A DNA stretch of 64,000 bases from Podarcis melisellensis. Taxonomy: Eukaryota. Where the stretch lies: the NCBI GenBank assembly GCA_964234715.1, contig OZ174275.1. One strand, written 5' to 3'. The notes under the pieces were generated by a model. The model searched no databases. It saw only the letters and a list, made by a program, of their open reading frames with translations, and had not been told where the DNA came from. Below, one piece after another: positions 12,901 to 24,900 of the stretch (its first letter is position 1; every line of letters begins with the position of its first letter). Both the position numbers and the translations under genes were made by a program.

Positions 12901-15900
12901 CTATCCCTTTTCTTGTCCTTTTCTCGCTCTCTCTCCCGTTGTTCTCGTTCCCTTTCCCGCTCCCGTTCCCTCTCTCGCTCCCGTTCCCTCTCCCGTTCTC
13001 TCTCGCGCTCCCTTTCTCTGTCTCTGCTTTTCTCTCTGTGGACAAATATAATGACAAATGATTAATGCATGTAATTGTCAACATTTAATACTGCTGGTAA
13101 TAGAGGTTAGGTCTAACAAAATTAACTCTAATAGATAATTAAAACACCATACAATACGAGGTTTACAAAAGTTGCGATTTTGAGATCACCGAAATTAAGC
13201 CAAAACTGAAAACCTCTGTTAAGTTTTTCAAATTAGCCACAACGTTGCTTGTGTAGTCATTAGACAAATGACGTTTTGAATAGACACAGTACATCAGTTT
13301 GCTGTCTTACATTGAGAGGCAGACACAGACACACACACAGTCTCTCTGTACGTTGGTTGTGGCTTTATTCCGTCAGCCAAACCATACAAAAGGGCCTGAG
13401 GGTCAGGGCACCACGGCTGTCAGCAAATCATACCATTTAATTCACTGCCTCATGGCTTATTGCATGCTGGTCTTCAAAACAGGTTGCACCCATGAATTAT
13501 TTCCTTAAGAACCATTGTCAAATTTATTAACAAGTATTCATTACACAGCACAATTTACCTAGATCTGCTCCGATCTTTATTTCGGTCTGAACTTCTTTCG
13601 CGGTCTCTGTCTCGATCTCTTTCCCTGTCCCGGTCTCTGTCTTTAGTGCGGTCCCGATCTCTATCCCGTTCTCGTTCACGCTCCCGTTCCTTTTCCTTCT
13701 CTCTTTCACGCTCTCTCTCCCTCTCTCTTTCACGCTCCCTTCTTTCTCTTTCACGCTCCCGCTCCCTCTCTCTTTCGCGCCGTTCTTTTTCAATTTCTTG
13801 TCTCTCTTTCTCCTTTTTGCCTTTTTCCTCCTCCAATTTCTAGAAACCAAGAGGATTTTCAAAGTTAGCATGTAGCTAGAGTCGGAGGCCCCACCCCACC
13901 ACCAAGCACAACACCCAAGGCTGGTAGTGAGCATTTCAAAAACACCAATAATTTAACATTTAAATATTTAACAGCTTACTGTCAGCTCATAAGAAAAAAA
14001 GTTCTGCAATCGTAAGGCTAGATTTCGTGCAAAAAGCATATATCTAACATAGACTGGCAATCTCCAACCTTGGAAAGAAGGGCAATGCTCACCTCATATA
14101 TGCATATGCTGACAATTACATAGTGCATTGCCATCAATAGTTCACAGAAAACTCCCGAGCCACGAAAGATAGAAAAGAGCTTGAACACAGATGAATTTTT
14201 AGCTGGCAAAGTTAATTCTGCCCATGTAGGCAGATCATTTAGTAGGATGCTGACAGACAAGATTACCTCATACCACAGCCAAACCAAATTCATTCTATGC
14301 AAGGATGGGAAGTAAAATCAACTTCAACTGTGTATGTTACTTGAAATGTTTGGAAGGATACATCTTACCAATCACTTTATTCTCCCCAACTTTTAAAATT
14401 TTTTGCATTCACTGCTTAAAGTAATGGTTTCTAAAGAACAGGATCCTCAAGAAGGTTGGAAATCGCACATAGACAAGACTAAAAGGTTATACAGTACATT
14501 TTTACTGAATTCTATACAAAAGTGCATTTCTTAAATTCAAAAAGTCATGCCTATTACCAAAACTCCCATGAAGACAATAGAAAAATAAAATCTCATTAAA
14601 ATGATAGATAAATCCATCCTTGGAAGCAATTGGTGTGTGTTAACTTACAGATGCTGTGCTAGGACATGGACCGCCAACACTGGATTAACCTTGCCTACAA
14701 GCTATATTTCTGGGAGGAAGAGCAAGTACATGGTTCACAAGTAAACCAAAAAAAGGAAGGGAAAAAAACATAAGCCAAATATCAGCCTGATGGGTGCCAA
14801 AATATTAAGGGCATGATCCTTCCACATCCAAGTGTTGTGCCTGAAGAGATCAACGTAGGGCTTAACAGAGCCCATTTCTCACGCCTTCTCTCCTTAGCGC
14901 ACAATCAGTGCACCGAACGATTTCAGCCAATAAGAGGCTCTTGCATCACTACTCAGCCCCCTCTTGTCACTTGGTGGAAGGAGCATGATCCGTTCCTTCA
15001 CCAAGTGGCAAGAGGAGGAGGGTGTAAGAGAAGTGCACAAGCCTCTTATTTTCAGCAGTGGCCTGGTTCATTGCCTGCATGTATGCTAAGGAGAAAGTAA
15101 CAGAGCACCATTATCATTACAGGACCCGTCTGTGCATGGGTGTAGCATGAGTGAGGAAGGATTATACCCTGAATATATTGTATGCAGTTGATGCAAGGGG
15201 GGGAGAGCAAAATCGCCCCATTTGGCACCGTGTTTACCACTGCTGAAATAATTTATAAACTGGAACAATAAAGTGCGCATATATTTCTCTCTTTCAACAA
15301 AGAATTTAAGACAACTTTAAAAACAATCTTACCTGTCAGACAGTCTTCTCGTGTGCGCTCATGGACCAGAGAACCAAAACAAAGTCACAGTAATAAAACT
15401 AATAAACAAAAGGTCAATATATCTAACCACCACACTAAATGGTACCAAAAGTGAGATATAGGGAGGGTGGTGTTAGATACATTGAACTCACAAAAGAAAA
15501 GGGTGTTTGAGAATGGTAGAGAACAGCCATAATGGAGGAGGAAAAGTGAAAGTGTACAGAATGTGGCAACCTACTTTCTAAGTGAAATGCTCTCATACAA
15601 TATAATTTCATTTAGTGTATTAAGGTTATGCTAGCTATATTAACTTTCAAAAGCAGAACTTACCTCAAATTTCATATACTTTTATAGAAAAGTTTATATA
15701 CTGAAATGATCGATACTTACAGATTATTTTAGTTGTTCCAATAACAATGTCTTTGGTTAAGTTCCGGGATTCCCCCGCAAAAATTTCTTTTGTAGTAAAA
15801 GCCATGATAAAAATTTGCATTGACTTTTGGCATCTTAAGGCTTTTATTTCAAGCTTCTCTTTTCTTAAAAGCCAAATCAGCACTGCTGTTTCATATTGAA

Positions 15901-18900
15901 AATTTAAGTAATAGGCTGCTTCCAAGTGAACAAAAGGATGTTTTATAGGAAATGAGGGGTGAAAAGGATTCAGGATATGCTAATAAAGTAATGAGCAAAG
16001 ACGGTAGGTAGAAAAAAAAGGAAAATCTTACCTTCGGTTCTCTTCAGACTCATCTGTGCTGTAAATGGACACCCCCTGCAATGCTGATACCCTAACAGTC
16101 CAATTGTTTGTAAATTCTAACCAAAAAACATGCAAAGGTTCACTGTGCTCATTAGCCAGCCCCTTTTTGAACATCCCACCCAATATATGAAATGGCCATT
16201 TTGTATTAGATTTAGTTCCATCTATTAGAAAAGGTTAATTCAAAATATTCCCCCAATAGGATAGATCAAAGGCAGCAAAATGCCCGATTGCTTCTGAAAC
16301 AGTGAAGCATATTTTGATTTTGTTTTAATCACATTATTTCTTTACATTTCAGAGGTATGTTGGGGCTTGGAAATAAGACGATGTTTCACCACTGAACAGT
16401 TTCATACATCTTCTGGAACAATTATCCTCAGGTTCTCATTCCAAAGTTATATTACAATATGTTGCATTGCCAGCAATGTACACCCATTTTTGCTTTAAAG
16501 TAAGTGTGATCCTGTAACCAGAGTACTTTTTACCCGTTTCGTAAATTCACACCATTATACCAATATTAGCAAACTACAAGCACTCATTTCAGGGATAAAT
16601 ACTTCACTGAGCGTGCAGTACTCCAGCCTTGGTGGGCAGTTCATATTCCCTTAGAAGCTAACATCAAGAGACAGTGCATGCATAGCTTGAATTTCACCTC
16701 CCTTAAACCACCCTTCCCAACCCAACCGGAACACATTCACAAATTCACATTACAGAAACCTCTGTAGGTGGGAACCCTGAGGTAGGATTTGCTGTGTAAA
16801 CACATTTCCAAGCCAGTTACCCCTTTGCATATTTTTCTGAGGGGGCATCCATAAATAATAAAAAAAACAGAAGCTCATACTTACATCCTATTCCATGTTA
16901 CTTTCCAAGCTGTGTTTTTCATCTTGCATTAGTCACCATATGATCTCTATCATAATGGTGGGGGTCAATGAATAGATTAGCTTAATGGGAATTTACAGTT
17001 CTTCCATGCATCTAAATTTTGGTAAAGTCTGATAACCACTAACCTAATTTAATTTCACCCCCATTCTCAACTCAGAGCTATTAAATTAAATCTCAAGTTT
17101 AAATTAAGCAGCAGAGCTCAGTAAAACAGAGATTGAATTATGTCTTACAACTGCTTGAATGATGTGGGGGCCAGAATGTTTTACGCAGCAGCCCAGTCTA
17201 ATTATTGGGTCTTATGTAAATGGTTTTAGCTGCTTTGGGTTAATTTAAAGAAAAGTGGGGTAGATGTGTTTGATTTTTTTAATGTATTCACACTGAGGAG
17301 ACTGCAAGGTAGTCATTAGAAAATAAAAAGGACAAAATAAGATGATTTAAGTGGGATTTTGTCCTTAGTGGCTTTTTAGACACACATTATGCCTACTATA
17401 TGTGATATGGTCATGTGCTTTTAAATTTTCTAAAGGGGGAGGGAAACTGGATTTTGCAAAAACCTAATTTTGTATAAGGTACAAAAATAAGTATACTACC
17501 TTGTGCGTATCTCTGAATTTACTGATCTCTCGGGATATCAGGTCCCTTTTATCTTCTTCCATTTCAATAGCATTTATATCCTCCTGTAAGAGAGAAAGGG
17601 GGGCAGAACAGGAGATAGAATATTAAAACCCATCTGCACAGAAACAGGAGAACCAAAAGAAAAGCTGAAGGTTAGATGTTTTGTACCAGTCTTGTAAGAG
17701 ATAAATAAAGGCCTTCTGCAGTACCAAACCTCACAGTCTGATGTTAAATGAATGGAAAAAAAAATTAGATGGACACGAGTCACAAATCTGGTAACTAGCA
17801 GTAAACATAGTCATTGTCAAAGCCTACAATGTAAACGAACCTTGGTGATGAGTGGATAGGGTATCAGTGGGGCCACTGGAAATCTGCGGAAAATCTGCGG
17901 AAAAATCCACGGAGATTTCTTTTTTAAAAAATAGATTGCACGCTACTCTGGAAAAAAAACAATGTTCTGTATGTTTGCAGAATAAGCAATATTGCATTGC
18001 TGTGACCGTAGGTCTGACTCAACAAAGTTACAGAAGAACCTCGCTAATTCTCCGTTTACTGATCTACTTCTCGGCAAAGGTTTGCTGGGTGCCACCTCAC
18101 CCTGGCATGTCTCCATTTAAAATTGCAGAACATTAGCATTCTAGGAAATCTTGCAAGCTAAGCTACGCTTGTTCAAAGTGGCCTTTTGTGGTACTATTAT
18201 AAGCCTCGTTTTGTTTCTTACTCGCTAATTCGCAAAATTGTAATTATATCAAAGGGGGGGTTGCCAACAGTTACTGCAAATTAGCGAGGTTCCCCACATC
18301 TGAAATCAAGAGTCAGATTTCACTTGCCATTTCCTTTCCCCGCACTCTCAATTTCCCCACATTATCCCTCATCTTTTCAACAAACAGAATGGGCAAGGGA
18401 ACCAGTCACAATTATAAGCATTCAATAAAGGGGATAACAGTGCCTCAAAACCAGCTTGACATGGCGCCCACCACAGTTTTATATACTTCCCTCCCCCCAC
18501 CATGCACAGAGCTTTTTTAGTCCCACACTTCCCAACAGATAAGGGGAGGAGAAGTCATGCTCGTGTCCCATGTTCATCCTTACAAAATAAAGATGCACTT
18601 CCACTATTTCAAGGGGCAGGAAGACAAGGACACAGTTAAATATTTCATTGTTCTGATAGACCACCCTAAATTTAAAACCCAGCTACATCAGCAAGGTGTG
18701 GCTACAGGTCACCCTAAAACTAGCAGTTATTAAAGGAGGAAGATCCATATTCAGTTCTTTTAATATGGGCTTCTAAAAAGTAACCTCTCAGTGCCATTAT
18801 GTCTCTCGATACCATTATATTCTTGATTATATACATAGCATGGATAATAACTTTTAAAGAGAGAGACATGGCTTGCCTATAAATAAGTGCAGAATGCAAA

Positions 18901-21900
18901 AAAATCAGTGCAAGAATAAGTTACGTGGAGGCTAAAGAACAGTGGGAGGTGCACTCACTCCCTGAGTGAGAAGCATTATTTCTTGCACTGCCTTTTCATA
19001 CACTTCACCAGCAGCCAAGGCTATCTTATTGCTTGCACAACATAAGGGAGAAAGTTAAGCTTAGTAAGCAAGGCTGCAGAAACCAAAATTCACCCCCATC
19101 TTTTGCTGTGAGTGGCAGGTATTAAGAGCCCATCATTGAAACAATCATGACGCATTTTCAAGGCTGGCATAATGACTACTAAGCTGTACCCTCCCCCCCC
19201 CCCCAGAGGAAAGCAAAAATTAGTGTAATCATCAGCAGGGTTATCCACAGAAGGGGAATTATAGCATTTTGGGTCAAATGTTACACTTAAAAAGTATGGA
19301 TGTCAGGTGGCCCAACAGCCAAATATTAACAAACCATTTTGTAACATCATGGCTTTCATCCCTCAAGGATAAGAAAGAGCTTCTTAGCTATGTGCACAAA
19401 CATAATTAAATCAGGACAGTGAAGAAGGGCTGCCAATCAGCTGAGTTGTGGCTATAACACCAGTGCAAACCTCTATGACCCAGTGACTTAGGGCATTTAA
19501 GATGTCAAACATTACAGGCAGAATCTCTTTTAGGGTCTTAAAATCTTCTCCCCATCTCAAAAAAACATTTTGCAATTATTTCAATACATGTATTTTAGAA
19601 GGGATGAAAGGCTGAATCAAACCTGCTGAGATTCAAACCTGTAGCTCCAAGAAGTCTAGCCATTTGTGACCTTTGTGTTCACAGACCTACAACATCCACA
19701 GGGTTTGGCATCTAGAACTGATTTAATTTCAGTATGAAACATGAAAACTTCTGCTAACATCAAGGTTTTGTTGATTTGTGTTCTCATCAGATGCTTTGAG
19801 CTAATGTATTGGCACAGGGTTTGGCCCTTATGTAGGGAGATGAAGTAAATCTGTTTGTGTCCAAAATCAAAACACATACATCCTCCTTCTTTTCTTTTTT
19901 CTTCTTCCTGGGATGAGAGTCAGACTCTTGGGAGGGGGCATTGAGCTCGCTGGAATATTCCCGTATTAACACTTCAATGGCCCCTTTAATTAGCTGGTCT
20001 CTTCTCTTTGCTTCTTCATCCAGGGCTTCATCATCATCAGTTGTAGTTTCTGGCCTGGTGTTCTAAAGAGTAACACAAATCTTGAAGTCAAGCACATGGG
20101 ACATAGCAGAACAGCATCCAAAATGTTTACTTCATATGAACTAGATAGGTCTATTATTACATGTAGCTAGCAAGTGGAAGTGCTAGGTGTACTTAACATC
20201 CTTACAATCAGCCTTTAACTACAGATTCTAGTAGGTCCTCACTATCGCTGGGCGATATGTGGTTTTCAACATTGTGCTATATGTAGAGGCATTGGCTGGC
20301 TTCAGTTTTCCCACATTGGGATTTCTGCATAACTAACACCTCTCCCCCCCCCCCCATGATTCTCAATATACAGTGGTGCCTCGCAAGACGAAATTAATCC
20401 GTTCCGTGAGGCTCTTCGTATAGCGGTTTTTTCGTCTTGCGAAGCAAGCCCATTGACAGCTTAGCGGATTAGCGCTACAGCTGTCAAGCGGCTTCCAGCG
20501 ATCAGCTGTTAAGCGGCTTATCAGCGGAACAGCTGATAAGCGGCTTAGCGGCTTAAGAAAAGGGTGAAAAAAGCGGAAAAAACCCGCGGGGGGATGCAAG
20601 ATTTTTTTCGTCTTGCGAAGCAACCCCATAGGGGAATTCGTTTTGCGAAGCGCCTCCAAAACAGAAAACCCTTTCGTCTAGCGGGTTTTTCGTCTTGCGA
20701 GGCGTTCGTCTTGCGGGGCACCACTGTATTGCTAGGTCAAAAATTATGAAACCGATATAATGATATGGACTTCAAGCAGTTTTGGATGATATATCAATAC
20801 ATTGCCCAGCCTTAGTCCTCACAAGAGTGATACACAGAATTTTTCAATTGGCAAACCCAGAAAGTTCACATATATCCCCATCATTTTCTCAAGACAAAAG
20901 GCCTTCCTAGCACTCTACTACTTATTCTCATTGTTGGAAGACAAAGCTAAATTAATGCCTAAAGCACTGCTTGTGTTGCTAGAGTTGAAAATGTTTTGTT
21001 TTGTACAGAACCAACCAGCTGACAAAGTTGCAGAGTGGTCACACACACACACACACACAGCATTGCGTTCAGAAAAGACCAGCTGAAAAGTGCTTGGCAC
21101 TTGCTGCAGGAAGGTCCTCTGTGCATTTCTGGGAAGTGGTACCCAATAACTCCTGGGTGAAGAGAGCAGCATGCAGTTTTGGGTGCTGCACAAAGGTGCC
21201 TAAGATGCATTTAGGTAGCAAGAGCCAACACTTCCCGTGCCTGCCAATCCTTTATAGCTAAGTCTCTTTTGGTTCCTCTGCCATACCGCCTTCCTCCCAA
21301 TTTTGAAGCTGGGGCGGTGGCAGGAACCACCACTCTACTGCTCAGAGAATAATGCTTGCCGCTCATCACACATGACAAGAGGGCAAATGAATTTGCTGAC
21401 GCCTGGCACAAACTTTAAAGAGAATGATACACTACAATGTGGGCGCTCTCTGAACAAATAAAAATAATTTAGTGTGGATTCATGTGATATTTTTATGCAG
21501 CAAGTACAACATAATACAGTGCAGGTTTCAAATTAATACGCTATGTCAGCAGTTATAGAAATATTCTGTTCCGTAGGATTAATAATGCTGTTCAACAAAG
21601 TGGAGAACACATACAAGGCAACACCGTACCAACCTACCCTTTGGGTCACACATTACCAAACTTATACACAAAGTTTGTCTGCAGTATAAACAGACTTTTG
21701 CATGTAAGTGGTCATACTGCACAATGACAATACATGTGTGTAAAATGCTTTAACATACGTATCTGTAGACTGTCACTTCCACACTAGAATTGCTGAATTT
21801 CAATTTTCCATGTAAGATGAATGTAACATAGACTTTAAACTATTAATAAAAACATTAATATATACACAGTTGCCTACAAAACTTTAATGATTATATATTT

Positions 21901-24900
21901 AAAGGCTTATAGCTTGCCTCTCGGAAGGCTCAAAGGGGCTCACAACAATTCTAAATCTAAAAATAAATAAATCACAGAATCAAATACAGTAAGAAATGAA
22001 AATCCCCACTTTCCTCCTTACAAATAGTAAATAGATAAATTCTCATCTGCACATGGAAGTATGAATGACCTGAGGCCAAGTGACTTCAACTTGCTCCAGG
22101 CCATTCTCAGCCTACAGCCTGGCTGCAAGGAAAACCTAAATACAGAAAAAGAATGTGCATATTACATTTATTTTTTTATCTTCCATCCCATCAAACATTT
22201 GTCACTGCTGTCGCTACTGAGGAGCAGTGGGGGGAAAAACAGGCAATGTCCTATCATGTCCCCCCCCTTTTTTCATACACTTGTATTAAACTTAAATAAT
22301 AAATTCTTGCCTTAAAAAGAGGGGATGGGAATCTCACCTGAGAATAAGAGATGGATGTCCAGTCAAATGCCAAGTGGATAAAGAGTGAATAGGAAAGAGA
22401 CAGGCTTATGGAGAAGCAGTAGCTAAGAAGTAGGGGCAGGAGGGGATTTCAGCTGGTGCAGAAGCTGCAATGTCAAGGAGGAACAGCCTGAAATGACCTA
22501 ATAGGTAGTGCCGCTTAGGTGGTAGTAAAAGAAATTAAGGGGGTAACAGTATTAGTCAGGGATGGAAGTTAAGTAGAGCCAGATATCTGCCTTATTTAGT
22601 TTCTCCATATTTTAAGAAAGCAGGAATTTATGGAGAGCTTTCTTGTCTGCTCATGTGAAATAAATGCAGTGGTACCTCGTGTTACGTACTTAATCTGTTC
22701 CGGAGGTCCGTTCGTAACATGAGGCGCACTTTTGCTAATGGCGCCTCCTGTGCCCCTGGAGCGCGACTTCCGCTCGCATCCTGGGACAAGGGGCATCTAC
22801 TTCTGGGTTAGCGGAGCGTGTAACCCACAGCATTCATAAGGGGCACGGTACGTAACACGAGGTAGCACTGTACTAAAATACTCCTACTTTATAGGCTGTG
22901 TATCAAAAGGGTAAACCCTAAACCCCTTTCTATGGCACATGGGTAACTAAATTTAACTCATTAAAAGCTTTTAACTACTTTATCACACAAACATAGCAAA
23001 AAGTTAACAATGCATTAAAACACTTTTTAAGATGTTTCAGTGAGCGGGTTGGCTGTGTTTTGCTTCTGGTCTTTATTTCTCCCTTCCTTGCCCCAAGGAC
23101 AAATTATAGTGAATGGTGAGGCATGTACTCCTAACCAGGAGCTTGCAGAAGCTGCTAGAGTACAGCAACACTGTAAGCTATGCAAGATTGCTTAAGTTAC
23201 TACAAGTAAGAAAATGCACTATATTTCACATCGTCTTTGGCTGAGCCTTGGCCATAGACTTAAATCAAGATAAAAAATTCTAAATATTTTGTGTTTTTCT
23301 CTAACATTATCATTCCAGAAAAGCTGTATTATTAGGTAAGGTAAAGGTAAATGACCCCATAACGGTTAAGACCAGTCAAAGACAAGTACAGGGTGCGGCG
23401 CTCATCTTGCTTCAGGCCAAGGGAGCCAGCATTTGTCCACAGACAGCTTTCTGGGTCATGTGGCCAGCATGGCTAAACCGCATCTGGCACAACAGAACAC
23501 CGTGACGGAAACCAGAGCGCATGGAAACGCTGTTTACCTTCCTGCCACCACAGTACTTATCTACTTGCACTAGCATCTACTTTCTTGCATGGATTCAAAC
23601 TGCCAACCTTCCGATCAGAAAGCCCAAGAGGCTCAGTGGTTTAGACCCTTTAACACTGTATTATTAGCAGACAGCTTATTATTAGATACATTTTTTAAAG
23701 TGATTTGTGAATTCACGTGTTGATAGGCAAGTCTGTAAAAAAAATGAAGGACTTGCAACTTGTGAACTTATTTGAAATTTTTGATAATAGTGCACCTGTG
23801 TGAAATGACTCACTTTCTAGATTGATTTCCTTATGTTTTGCATCTTAGCCAGGGGCTGACTGTTCTTGGGACTATTATATGCCTTACTTCTTCCAATCTT
23901 ACTACTTTCTCTTCTAAATACAGTGGCACCTCGGGTTACATACGCTTCAGGTTACATACGCTTCAGGTTACACACTCCGCTAACCCAGAAATAGTGCTTC
24001 AGGTTAAGAACTTTGCTTCAGGATAAGTACAGAAATTGGGCTCCGGCGGCGCGGCAGCAGTGGGAGGCCCCATTAGCTAAAGTGGTGCTTCAGGTTAAGA
24101 ACAGTTTCAGGTTAAGTACGGACCTCTGGAACGAATTAAGTACTTAACCCGAGGTACCACTGTACTTAATTGTGAGGATGTTTACAAATGTGATTTGACA
24201 TGCAGTTTGTGGCTAGGTTCACCTGCTTGTGCTTGTTATGAAGCTATCACTTAAATGGTTAGGTTGAACTATGGTGGCCTGAGAAGGTATATGGGCACAG
24301 TGCTTGTTGGCAGAAGACATGCAAGCACATGTACAACTTTGCATGTTAAGCAAAGCTTTTCATGCTGGTCATACCCAGCGGGAATCAGATTTTTTTTACT
24401 TTGGAGTTGGCAGACTCTACTCTGGATCAGCAAGTCTAGCAGAGAGCAGGACATCTGGTTTCCTCCTGGAAATGGTTGGGTTTGATCTGAGAGACTGCAG
24501 CTGCTTATCCCTTAACCTTCTTCTGTCAGTTTTATAATCCAGTTCCTCAAGCAGAAAGTGCAGTTTGTTGGGGATTTGAAGTTTACACTCAAATTCTGAT
24601 CATGAAAATTAAACAAAAGAACAGTGCAACGGTCATCTGCAGAAAAGGTGTAATAAAGTCAGCATAGCAGGTTAAATTGCAACAGAAAATAAGCAAATCA
24701 GGTAAAAGAACTAAGAGCACTTAATGCCAATCCAATTTATTTGTAATTCAATTGTTTCCTGTCCCAGTTTAGCATAGTTACACACAACATACCCCATTGG
24801 AAGCCCTTTTCTTCGCTTTCCATTCATCTAGCTGAGCCTTCGTCTTGGCATCAACTTTCACAAGTAGTTTCTTTTCTCCAATTTGGAGATCGTGTAGTAG

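Noticed and set aside
12642-13934. Overlapping alternative-frame and antisense ORFs, including an SR-like ORF at 13646-13843
   Set aside because: By-products of the low-complexity purine RE/RD codons of RBM25 exons 10-11; no independent gene signals.
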